Part shown: piece by piece, positions 12,146-23,601 of the stretch | How the letters are laid out: each line of letters opens with the position of its first letter | Position numbering within the stretch: the stretch's first letter is position 1 | Assembly: GCF_006345805.1 (NCBI RefSeq) | Contig: NC_043005.1 | Coordinates: forward strand, 14,012,001-14,076,000 | DNA: 64,000 bases | Reading direction: 5' to 3' | From: Octopus sinensis | Taxonomy: Eukaryota | Translations under genes and position numbers: made by a program | The notes under the pieces: model-generated | Told to the model about the DNA's origin: nothing | Databases searched by the model: none | Seen by the model: only the letters and a program-made list of their open reading frames with translations

Positions 12146-13632
12146 TTATTCTTTTTATTGGCCTCAAGGGCTGACACACATGATTAGTAAACATAAAGGG
12201 ACAAAACAGGACGAAAGGTTACAAAGGGTTTTGTCCGTTTGTAAAAATCCGTGTAAAAAACTGTAACAACAAAATATTTAACAATGAAAAACTCCCAATA
12301 GGGGGAGGCACTTCGAAAGGTTCCTGGTGGAAAAAACCCATAAAAGCCAACGGGAGCCTGGTCAAAAAGGGGGTAGAGAGTCCCTTTTTCCTTTTATAAA
12401 ACCTTTTTCAATCACAGGCGAAACCTGAGAATTGGTCCATTTATACTGGCCATTCTTGCACAATTCGCCCACCTTTCAGAAAACTTGCTATCGGACAGCA
12501 CTCTCCTCTCTAACCTCATCTTCCTTTTCAAGTGAAACTTGAAAAAGTTGATGAGGCCTTGACCAAAGAGGAAAGTGTCTGACTTTAGCCCTTTCAAACG
12601 GGTCCACCATACAACCTCTTTTGCCACAGCCACTAGGCACAGGAAAACGGCCTCGCCCTCCTTGTTAAAGGAGGTCGGCGGGGCAATCTTCACTATGGAT
12701 TCGGATGATAGCCGGATCCGTCCTATACGTGACAGTAGCTGTTTGACATAAACCCATAGTTCAGCAATACTCGGGCACTGGACGAGTGCGTGCAGAACGG
12801 TTTCGTCGTCCTGGCAACACTTCGGGCAGGCCCGGCTGACGGCACTTCCGTGCCGGTAGAGTTTATCCCGAACAGGCAGAGCTCCTCGGTAGCACTGCCA
12901 GACGAGCGACCTCTGGAAATTATCCATTGGCCCCGGCCCGAAAGTCCTTCCGAACATGTTTGGGACGAAGAATTTTCTTTGCCTTTTAAGGCGCGAAATG
13001 GGCGGTTCGGAGCCGTTGACGAAATTTTTTCGTGTGGCGGGTGTGATGCTACAAGAAGAGAACAGCCAGTTCTTTTCATAGCCATTTTGGAAATTTGTAA
13101 ATAAAATGTATGCAAACAGTCATTGTGGTCCGTGTAGTCGACTAGGTGGAATTATGGGCACCCTATGCTGTCCTTATCCGCTGGCCTACAAAACACTCTA
13201 TCTAAGTACGATCTAGACGACCCGATGCGATTGGTCCAAGTCCACATTGGCACATTCGGGTTGTCTAGTCGAAACCTGTCGGACAGCTGAAAGCATCCGA
13301 GTAGGTTGGCGAGGCTCTTGCACCCTCCTCTCCTATCAGACGCTCCCCTGCCCACCCGATCGAAACGTTCGTCTAAGACAGCGTTCCAATCCCCAACTAG
13401 CACTAGAGTGCGTGACATTCCCAGGAAAACTTCCAGACGTTTGAAATAATCCGGTAATGGGGTAAAATCCGGTAATGGGGTAAAAATTTTGCCGAGCCAA
13501 CTAGCTCCGCTAGAAATTAGTTGGCTTGGCCACACAAATATCGAAAAATATAAAAACTTTTCACAGGATTTCCAACAAAATTTGCAGAAAACTTACGGAG
13601 CAGCTTCACACACGTCCGTCCTCTCGGAAAGA
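12146..13632 (-). mobile_element. Internally deleted Tx1/L1-clade non-LTR element (5' leader, endonuclease piece, C-terminal CCHC region, 3' UTR; no RT)
   Basis: APE motifs LVGDWNAVLD and SYLDRVF (13152-13445). zf-RVT-like LPVRDKL..CPKC..ETVLHALVQC (12412-12957). 3' UTR matches 42590-42868. (AAT)n on both flanks. Confidence 0.85.
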
Positions 13633-13683
<51 letters not shown>

Positions 13684-13684
<1 letters not shown>

Positions 13685-13832
13685 GCATCGAAAAATACCT
13701 TAGGAATGAGAACCCAGGTTCGGAATTTCCCCAAGACACCTGATGAAAGCTGGAGGGTATATCAGCCGAAATGTTGTGCTAACAACAAACAAGATGGGGA
13801 CAAGTATCCGTCAAATGTAAATAATGTAACTA
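13684..13832 (+). mobile_element. Penelope-type tail of putative element F with a hammerhead-like core
   Basis: CTGATGA (13740-13746), GCTG/CAGC stem, GAAA (13768-13771), TGTT, and GACAC/GTGCT helix I arms. Confidence 0.55.
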
Positions 13833-14690
13833 ATCTTTATTGTCGTATGTTCAAAGCAGTCCAATCTGTACTCAATCAGACCGTTTATTTCTGGGAAATC
13901 AGCAGTTGAGTGTTTCAGAAACATTTTACAAACTGTTATACTGTTTATATAAATCATGAATGTCTGAATTCAGCGGTTCATATATTTTTTGTTGTTATTC
14001 TATTGTATCCATGACTCAGTAAACTGAACTGTAAGCAGCACATCATAATATAATTTTGTAGTTGTGAGCTATGGTATTATGCGGGTATTTCGTTAGATAA
14101 AAGTGTACCCAACTTCATTTTCTTCCAAGACGAAGGAAACTGAGTTTTAGGCCAACAACCCATTCTCGAAAACCCCGAGAAGCTGCATAGAATAATGTAC
14201 GTTTATTAGCGTCTTCTTTGACTGCATGATACGAGTATAAATTACAAAATTTAAAACATTCAAAGAATATGCACTAAAATATTCACACATAAATCTAATC
14301 ACAGAAAATTACTGATGAAAAGTGTTAATTCCTTCGCATACTGCTAATTAAAAGAAATTCTGTGCTAATTTGTAATGTAAAGAATAAGTAATCTCGATTT
14401 TTGTTTCCTTTTGTTAATTTTTGTTACTGCATAAACAGTCACCCACTAGACATTCAGATACATTTACAACACAACTAATACAAACATCGAAATTATATAT
14501 TCGCAAATACAACTTCAACGTCAGCAATGTCATTATCACCTAACACTGAGTTCATGGGTGAAGAAAAATGACCATTCCACATTACCTGCCTGCAAATATA
14601 AAAAGACACGATATAATGACAGCTTGAAGGCTTTTTGTTACAAAAATATACTCAATAATGACTAACTTTGAACTAATCAACAACTGATAG

Positions 14691-15070
14691 GAGCACTCCG
14701 TCGGTTACGACGATGAGGGTCCCAGCTGATACGATCAACGGAACAGCTTGCTCGTGGAATTAACGTGTAAGTGGCTGAGCATTCCACAGACACGTGTACC
14801 CTTAACGTAGTTCTCGAGGATATTCAGCGTGACACAGAGTGCGACAAGGCTGGCTCTTTGAAATACAGGTACAACAGAAACAGGAAGAAAGAGTGAGAGA
14901 AAGTTGTGGTGAAAGAGTACAGCAGGGTTCACCACCACCCCCTGCCGGAGCCTTGTGAGGCTTTAGGTGTTTTCGCTCAATAAACACTCACAATGCCCGG
15001 TCTGGGAATCGAAACCGCGATCCTACGACCGCGAGTCCGCTGCCCTAACCACTGGGCCATTGCGCCTCCC
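14691..15070 (-). mobile_element. SINE head A + tail T1
   Basis: Reverse complement of the 760-1140 type sequence. Confidence 0.9.
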
Positions 15071-15651
15071 CTCAATACCTGATATACAAATTAATATTAG
15101 CTTGTTGGAAAACTGATGCCTTTCTTTGCCAAAAAGAACAGTAATTTTTTCCAACTATCAAATAGTGTTTCCAGGTATTCACAATGGCTGTGGACAGCAG
15201 CTGGAACTGCTCTACATAACAACAGCCATTTTATATAATCCCAGAGTTTAGTAATTCGCAGACACTAAACGACTGCTAAGTAGACAGCAGTTTTGTCGTT
15301 CTAAAATTAATAAATTTTGGAAATTACTCATATTTGACATAAAAGTCCTTCAGAAAACACCATTCAGCTCATATCTATCGACGCTCGAAGCCGCCTTCCC
15401 TCCTACTCAAATACCCTCACAACTTCAATTTGATCATTCCCCCCGACTCGATTGTTCAACCCATTTCTGAGTGATTAGTGAGACTGGCCCTTTCATTTAC
15501 TGATTCTTCCCAATTCTTAACAACCTGAAGATCTGAACCGACTCAGACTCTGAGCCTATTAAATCAGACTTACAGTCCAGTGAAAAACACTAATTGCCAG
15601 TCATTTCCTTATTCTGATACCGTTTTGCAAACCCATTAATTTTCCAGATTC

Positions 15652-15990
15652 GGAGACCCCTTCGGTCACGACACAGACCATGGGATTGCACCTAGAAAGT
15701 TACCCTCCTAGACACAAGTCCGGGCGAGGTTGTTTATGGAAGACCAGCAGTCGCCCTTACATACCGGCCTCCCCTCTCCACGCCACCAGTGTTATCCAAG
15801 GGAAAGGCAAAGGCCAATACAGCTTGGCACCAGTGACGTCGCAACTCATTTCTACAGCTGAGTGAACTGGAGCAACGTGAAATAAAGTGCCTTGCTCAAG
15901 AACACAACACGCAGCCCGGTCCGGGATTCGAGCTCACAACTTCACGATCGTAAGCTCGACGCTCTAACCACTGAGCCATGCGCCTTCACT
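15652..15990 (-). mobile_element. SINE head B + tail T3
   Basis: Reverse complement of the 10759-11100 type sequence. Confidence 0.85.
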
Positions 15991-16987
15991 ATATTTTCCA
16001 GATTAATCTATATATTAATCACTACCTGGTGTATCGTTTTGGTGAGCCTTGGCAACATCACGCGAATATACAGGCACTGGTTTCTTGTGCCACAGTTTAA
16101 GCATTATACCACTCAGAACATCAACTTCCACAATGAAACCTTAGATATACAAAAGCGATGAAAGCAGTAGATACCCCTATCGGAATGGGTGCGGCATGCT
16201 AAAGAGTTTTAACGGATTACCATTTACTTTGGTCATCGAGCAGATGTCTCTAAATACGAGACTGCAACCGGTTATTCAGAATCAGGTATGTTCTATTGGA
16301 GGGAATTTAGTTTATTGCTTGCATGGCACCGTTTTATGCTTTTACTTCTTTTAGAGTTATCTGACTCAGAGCTCTATTTTTGTCACCATGTTACATCATT
16401 CCGATTAACCTTCCATTTTATGATTATGATTATTCTTTTAACGCTGAATACCCTGATAAGGACTGCCATACTTTAGACCAAGCGGCTAACAGTTGGAATT
16501 GAAGTCCTATTATAATCTCTGTTTGCCAAGAGCTTATATTTTACACTATGCAGCACCAGATAATTGAGGAATGTCTCGTTACTTTGCTGTGATGTGCTAC
16601 TTAAAAAATCCTTCTGTGATTTATAGTTTGGGAGTATTGGCTTTAACTGAACAGCCTTGATGGTTAAATCTCCAAGTGCTACAAATTCATTTATTATATA
16701 AACACACCAAGAAAGATAGGAAGTTTTATTGATAAGATTACGTTACCAAGCAGCGTCGATTCAAAATCTCAAGGGATAAACAAATTTTAATGTAATAGGA
16801 TAAGCAATTTTCAAGTTTCAACAAGATCTAATACAAGCTTAGCCGGTTTCTACTTCCCAAAGAAGTGTATGAACATGTGATTGTAACATGAAAGCCTTCT
16901 GGAAAACAATCGAATTTTTCCTGTTTATCATAATTTACCTTGCATAATTAAATCTCAGAATGAGATTGAAACAGTAATCGCTCGATA

Positions 16988-17085
16988 ATGTAAAGTATAG
17001 AAGCCATCTTATCATGGCTAACCACATTGGGGAATCCCCTCCCCAATGTGGTTAGCCATGATAAGATGGCTTCTATACTTTACAT
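16988..17085. repeat. Perfect 46-bp inverted repeat with a 6-nt loop, Helitron-derived sequence
   Basis: 16988-17033 pairs with 17040-17085. The arm resembles 48821-48857 inside the Helitron. Confidence 0.9.
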
Positions 17086-17904
17086 AATTTACCTTATTTT
17101 CGTGAAAAGATTTTTACATCCTTTCTTTATTGAAGTGCTGCGTTAAGATGCATTTTTTTTCTAACTACGGAAAGATAGTGCCGTTTTGTTTTATTTACCT
17201 AAGGTGTGATTCGTTCGTCGATTGACTACCTAGCTTCCTTAATATTTCACGTCTACATGTTTTTCTTCCCCCACTCTAGCATGATAAAGCTGTGAATTTC
17301 TTAAAGGCGTAAAGTTAAAAGATCGGCTTCTGGAGTTGCTATCTTTTAAACCGATATTTTTCTGGGGGGTTTTCACTCAGGTGTTACTATTGAGATGTAT
17401 ACAACTACTTTGCTTCAGATAGTGCCATGAAGCGTTAGTTCTATAATTGCATTAAGACTCCTGGGTGTTGTTCTAAGTTGATCTATGGAATCTTTACAGA
17501 ATAATGCTGCTGTTTTTTTTCTTTTTCTATTTTGCCTAGTTTGTTTGCTTGTTTGTTTTTTTCTTTATTTGTGTCGTTATATTTGACCTTCAAGTTGTTG
17601 CTGTTGTTGAACAGCCTATTGTATCTGTGTCTGGCCTGATGTTTCCTGGTTAACGGGAAAAAGTTCCTAGCTACGTGGAGTATTTTCTTTTTGGATAAGT
17701 TGATGTTTTGCTTTCAGGGTTTGATGTGTTACAACCAGTAACTGAGAGGGAAACTTTGTGAAAGACTGCCGAATAGACTGTTGCTGTGACCCAGGGGTGT
17801 CACGCTGAAGGTTACATTAAAGGTAGAAGTGTCTGGCAAATATTTAGTCACTTACATTAAAATATAATGCGTAAGTAATTCGGACCAAGGTAATTGAGCA
17901 CATA

Positions 17905-18160
17905 ATACTGGCGAAGGATCCATTTGGGATCTTAACACAAATAGAAAGTGGTGTTCCACAGGGCACTGCCTTAGTGCCATTGCTATTTATAGTGGCCCTT
18001 CCAGGCATGCCATCAGCTGCTCAAATAGACAGCCTTGCTAGCTATACGGATGACACAAAAGTCTCTCAGACAATGCAAAATCCTGGAAACACTGCGCGTC
18101 TGCAACGAGAGTTTGACGCAATATACAGGTAGGCTGAGGACAACAAAATGCACTTTAATG
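17905..18160 (+). pseudogene. CR1/L2-type reverse transcriptase fragment
   Basis: SGVPQGTALVPLLF, SYTDDTK and [19 protein letters not shown] match RT motifs (GVPQG, YADD). In-frame stop. Confidence 0.8.
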
Positions 18161-18679
18161 GTCTTAGCCATCGGAAAATTGCCGAAAATCTTCAAATTCC
18201 TCTTTCTACTGTTAATAGAATTATAGTGCAATTCAAAAGCCAAGGAAAAGAATCAACAGATTCTCGTCCCGGCCGACCTGGGCCCTCGGAAAGGAAGCTT
18301 TGCTGTTTCAAGAGAATTGTGGAAAACGAACCCCGTTCGAAGGCTTCTGACATTGCAAAACAGCTGGAAGTTAGTCCAAGAACGTGTGTTACATATCTGC
18401 ATAAGCTTGGGTATTATGGACGAGCTAGAAGAAAACCTCTCCTTCAACCAATTAATATCATAAAAAGAAAGAAATGGGCTAAGGAGATGTCAGAAAAATC
18501 CAGTTCATTTGAGGATAGAGTGATTTTCTCGGATGAATCCAGATTTGCATTATTTTCAGGCAGTGGTCGTGTTTGGGTCTGGAAGCTTCCCAATCAAGAA
18601 TTTGATTTGAAACGACTGCAACCAACTGTGAAACATGGCGGTATCTCTGTAATGGTATGGGGAGCTGTCACCAGCAATG
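18160..18679 (+). pseudogene. Tc1-family transposase, N-terminal half running into the gap
   Basis: [22 protein letters not shown] (HTH), [15 protein letters not shown] (first catalytic D), [16 protein letters not shown]. Confidence 0.88.
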
Positions 18680-18779
18680 NNNNNNNNNNNNNNNNNNNNN
18701 NNNNNNNNNNNNNNNNNNNNNNNNNNNNNNNNNNNNNNNNNNNNNNNNNNNNNNNNNNNNNNNNNNNNNNNNNNNNNNN
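18680..18779. other. Assembly gap (100 N)
   Basis: Direct reading. Confidence 1.
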
Positions 18780-18989
18780 ACGGAAGGCCGAATATTCTCC
18801 TTCTTTTTTTAATTTAGAGCAGAATTTGACCTGTCACCTACTTGGTACTAAGATTGTGAAGGATAGCAGCTTGCCTTCTTCATCATCCTTTAAATCCATA
18901 AAAGGTGAACAGTTTTAGTGTATGTATGTATGTATGTATGTATGTATGTATGTATGTATGTATGTATGTATGCATGCATGTATGTATGT

Positions 18990-19203
18990 GAGCAGGCATG
19001 GCTGTGTGGTAAGACGCTTGCTTCCGAACCTATGGCTTCATGTTCAATCCCACTTCTACTGTCGGCCCGGGCCGACCAAGCTTTGTGAGTGGATTTGATA
19101 AACAGAAATTGGAAGAAGACCGCCGTAGATAGACAGATAGACAGACATATAGATAGACAGACAGACAGACAGACAGATAGACATATAGACAGACATATAG
19201 ACG

Positions 19204-19292
<89 letters not shown>

Positions 19293-19298
19293 GTAGGC

Positions 19299-19376
<78 letters not shown>

Positions 19377-19377
19377 T
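18990..19377 (+). mobile_element. SINE D 5' part followed by an (AGAC/AGAT)n array
   Basis: GGCTGTGTGGTAAG head through GAAGAAGACCGCCG, then ~250 bp of (AGAT)n at the usual internal microsatellite position. Confidence 0.7.
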
Positions 19378-19494
19378 TTACTGTTGAGCCTACTATTTGT
19401 AGGATCAACAAAACTGTATTCCAACCAGAAACATCATTTAATATACACAGGCGTGGCTGTGTGGTAAGAAGCTCGATTACATGGATTCCGATGT

Positions 19495-19637
19495 TCAGCT
19501 GCTACTTATTTTATTGACCCCGAAAGGATTAAAGGTAAAGTCGACCGCGGAGAAATTTGAACCCAGAACGTAAAGGTGGACGAAATACTGCTCAGCATTT
19601 TTCCCGGCATGCTTTACGACTCTGCCAGCTCACCGCT
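19495..19637 (-). mobile_element. SINE C fragment
   Basis: GACCCCGAAAGG..AAAGTCGAC..GCCAGCTCACCGC matches the C head and core. Confidence 0.75.
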
Positions 19638-20052
19638 TTCTGAACACTAAATATTTCCGACTACACTGAATACGGTTCTCTGTGGACATCTCCAACCGAA
19701 ATATGTCCCTTGTTTTCACCGAGATTCTCTCGCATCTGCTTCGACTGTATTTCTTGGGGGGGGGGGGCATTTTTGGAGGGGCTTGTTTTTTACATTTTAA
19801 ACAGGGGTGGGATATTTTGATTATTAACTGCGGAGATAATCTTAGTTAATCAAAATTTTTTTCTCACACTGTGTGATTGATATACGAGCGATCACTATCG
19901 TTTGTCCATTGCCCAGTATGTCCTTCGATATTGAAGACAGCAAGATTTGATTTCAGCAAAATTTGACCGCAGTTGTTATCAGGTTGAACCACCATATACA
20001 AGCTCCTTCACTGACTCATCTATCGTTGTTGTTCTTGTAAGTAGTAGTAGTA

Positions 20053-20089
<37 letters not shown>

Positions 20090-20169
20090 TGTTGTTGTTG
20101 GTGGTGGTGGTGGTGAGGGTGGTGGTGATGGTGGTGGTGGTGGTGGTGGTGGTGGTGGTGGTGGTGGTT

Positions 20170-20463
20170 CCTTCTCGAGCCATCCTGACTCATAGGGCCG
20201 GTTTCCCGGTTTCCTTGGCGTATAGGTTCCCCACCTGGACGGGACGCCGATCCGTCGCAGGTGAACTGCAAGATGCAGGAGGAAAGAGTGAGAAAAAGTC
20301 GTGGCAAAAGCGTCAGCAGAAGTTCGCCATTACCTTCTGCCGGAGCCGTGTTGAGCTTAGGTGTTTCGCTCATAAACCCACACATCGCCCAGTCTGAGAT
20401 TCGAACACGCGATCCCTCGACTGCGAGTTCGCTGCTCTAACCACTAGGTCATGTGCTTCCACA
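20170..20463 (-). mobile_element. Chimeric SINE, head A + tail T2
   Basis: 20280-20463 matches head A. 20170-20270 matches the T2 tail of the 2625 and 38025 copies (CCTGCGACGGATCGGCGTCCCGTCCAGG on minus). Confidence 0.75.
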
Positions 20464-20511
20464 GTAGTAGTAGTAGTAGTAGTAGTAGTTGTAGTAGTAG
20501 TAGTAGTAGTT

Positions 20512-20549
<38 letters not shown>

Positions 20550-20667
20550 TTAACCTCAAGTCAGTTCCAACCGAATAGACGTATGCTCAAAAGCAACCCA
20601 GGTGTGACTCTCTCGCCTTTTCGTATATTAGGGACTTCATTATAGATATGTATCCTTCATTAGACAT

Positions 20668-20832
20668 AGGCGCAGGTAAGGCTGTGTGGTTAAGATATTC
20701 GCTTCGTAATGACGTGGTTTCGAGTTCAACCTACTATCCAGCATTTTGAGCAAATGTCATCTACCATAATTTCTGATTGACCAATGGTTATGTGAGCGAA
20801 AATGGGTTGACGGAAACTGTGTGAAAGACCAG
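20668..20832 (+). mobile_element. Degenerate SINE D 5' part
   Basis: GGCGCAGG..GGCTGTGTGG..GACGGAAACTG similarity to D copies. Confidence 0.6.
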
Positions 20833-21204
20833 GCAACGGTAAACTTACTCAATCATCTAGATTAACATCATTACTTGATATGGGTGCCTTCAAACCATAC
20901 CTTCCGTCGGGCAGGTAAATGCCTCTCACCAATCTCAAAGTACCTAAAAGAGGGCTATGGGCGTTGCAATTCATCTTTTCATAGCGATATAAAAAAAAAC
21001 CTAGCTGTTCCCGTTGCGCTGCTGCCGCTGTTGTTGTTGTTGCTTGACCCCGGGTCATCACTAGTTGAGCAGGCATGACCAAAGGTGTTCAAATCGGGAT
21101 TCAATTTCACCCTCAACTTAATATTTTCCTACAAGGAATAGGGTACCTCGGTCTACTTTACGCAATGTAAAAAAGTCTTCTCTGTATTATATCTGATTGT
21201 GTAC

Positions 21205-21235
<31 letters not shown>

Positions 21236-21994
21236 TGTGTGTGTGGTGTTTTTGCTGCGGCTGTTGGAAGATATAAAGAACATTAACAGATATTATTTGC
21301 CAATAAGAACAACAAAATTCCAGAACTTAGTCTCCGGTAATTTTACAACACTAATAATTATATCTGAAATTACCACCGGATCAAACAGTTTTGAGAAGAA
21401 TTTCATTTGATTAATCCTATTTCAGTATTTGATGCTAATTTTTCTTTTTTTAACTACAACGTAATTTAAAGTCAGAGTTTAAAGAAACAACTAAATACTG
21501 CGAGGTGTAAAAACTGAGATTTTAACGATTCTGTTACACACACACACACACACACATACACAGTAAGTGCTCATAATAATAGTTTCCTTCACGAGCAATT
21601 TTGTCTTTCGTCATTTCGTGATCGATAAAGAGTATGGGTCCCTGACGATTGATTGACAGAAGATCGGCCAAGATAGTCGGCGGCATCTGTTCCACCTATT
21701 TGTATTCTGGCTGCAATACCTGCAATTGCACTCGTTCAAAGTCATATCGATTCAAGTTAGCAGCGTTTCTCTAATCATCGCTGGAGTGGAAATGGGAGGT
21801 TTGCACGCATGGACAACTGCCAGTCTTCTACAAAACATCTTGCCCAGGCTTGCAGATGTGCCGATGTATGTTCAGCATTCACTGCTACATTAGGCAAAAG
21901 GCCAGCCAGCGGTTTGGAGGTGAAAGGGTTTGCTGGTACCATCGATCTAATATTTGATTGGTACTTCATTTTATCGATCCTTGGAGGATGAAGG

Positions 21995-22408
21995 TGTAGT
22001 GACGTCATATTCCAATGTGCGCACACGCAACGTCATTCTTCAGTGTGCGTGTGTGGAACGTCCTTCTTCAGTGTGCGTGTGTGGAACGTCCTTCTTCAGT
22101 GTGCGTGTGCGGGGTTGGAACCTTCTGGAACCTTCTGGAAAGGCATAAGGAAGTTCCCTCATGCACATGCGCTAGAGACTGGGGAAGAAATTCTATCGCC
22201 GTGTCTCAAGTCAACGACGCTATTAAGGAACGCGATAGAATTTCTTCCCCAGTCTCTAGCGCATGTGCATGAGGGAACTTCCTTATGCCTTTCCAGAAGG
22301 TTCCAGAAGGTTCCAACCCCGCACACGCACACTGAAGGAGGACGTTCCGCACACGCACACTGAAGAATGACGTTGCGTGTGCGCACATTGGAATATGACG
22401 TCACTACA
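21995..22408. mobile_element. Fold-back MITE with TGT...ACA ends and 4-bp TSD AAGG (Ginger-like)
   Basis: Arms 21995-22199 and 22232-22408, 32-bp spacer. AAGG at 21991-21994 and 22409-22412. 28-bp subrepeat x3 left, x2 right. Confidence 0.8.
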
Positions 22409-22619
22409 AAGGCATTATTTGATTACAGCAGGATTTAAAATCAGGGTGTAAACGCTCTATCTAAATAAGACATTCTCGCAATTCTGTCGATCCTAAATTT
22501 TGGTCATGGATTAATCGATATAATAAAGTGCCAAACAGATATTTTAGTTTATCGACCCCAGAAAGATTGAATTCTAAATTGATTTCGGTGGGGTTTGAAC
22601 TCAAAGCGCAAAGAGCCAT

Positions 22620-22847
22620 CCTCTTTTACTCTTTTGCTTGTTTCAGTCATTTGACTGTGGTCATGCTGGAGCACCGCCTTTAGTCGAGCAAATCGACCCC
22701 AGAACGTATTCTTTGTAAGCCTAGTACTTATTCTATCGGTCTCTTTTGCCGAACCGCTAAGTTACGGTGACGTAAACACACCAGCATCTGTTGTCAAGCG
22801 ATGTTGGGGGGGGATACAAACACAGACACACAAACATACACACACAC

Positions 22848-22888
<41 letters not shown>

Positions 22889-23040
22889 CATATATACGAC
22901 GGGCTTCTTTCAGTTTCCGTCTACCAAATCCACTCACAAGGCTTTGGTCGAGCCGAGGCTATAGTAGAAGACACTTGCCCAAGATGCCACGCAGTGGGTC
23001 TGAACCCGGAACCATGTGGTTGGTAATCAAGCTACTTACT
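22620..23040 (-). mobile_element. SINE D with internal (TA/CA)n
   Basis: Reverse complement of the 54089-54530 type sequence. Confidence 0.88.
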
Positions 23041-23094
23041 AGAATGATAATACCTTCACATGTTGGCACAAGGCCAGCAGTTTTGCGGGGAGGG

Positions 23095-23355
23095 GGAGGT
23101 CAATAACATCTACTTTAGTACTTGCCTGGTACTTTATTTTATCGATTGCTAAAGGATAAAAGCAAAATTGAACCCAGGAAGTAAAGAAATAGAAAAAAAT
23201 GTCACTAAGCGTTTTGTCCAACGCGCAAACGGTTCTGTCAGCTCGCCGCCTTAATAGCAATGATAAAAATAATTGTTTCTAGTTTAGACACAAAACCTGC
23301 AACTTAGAGGAGGGGATTTGTCGATTGCGTCGACCTTAGTACTTTACTGGGGTCT
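23095..23355 (-). mobile_element. SINE C2 fragments
   Basis: C head/core similarity plus the C2 tail (TTGTGCCAACATG.., TTGTGTCTAAACTAG.. on minus). Confidence 0.6.
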
Positions 23356-23523
23356 TTTCTGTTTGGGCAGCAGTATTTTAAAATAATTTCCACGTAACTA
23401 AACACTTTTAAACTTCGTATAATGGTAGAACGTGTTTATAAAACATCTTTTTCTCTTGGCTTTATTGAGAAAATTCTATAGTTTGTAAGATATTTGTTTT
23501 TTTTTCTTCGATGTCAAACATAA

Positions 23524-23601
<78 letters not shown>

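Noticed and set aside
14490-14615. Minus-strand acceptor TTTGCAG followed by GCAG|GTAATG (micro-exon or short terminal exon)
   Set aside because: Splice-like motifs arise often by chance in AT-rich DNA; there is no supporting neighbour exon or homology.
18148-18918. 256-aa ORF as an intact transposase gene
   Set aside because: It starts in LINE sequence, reads through 100 N, and the post-gap part is unrelated.
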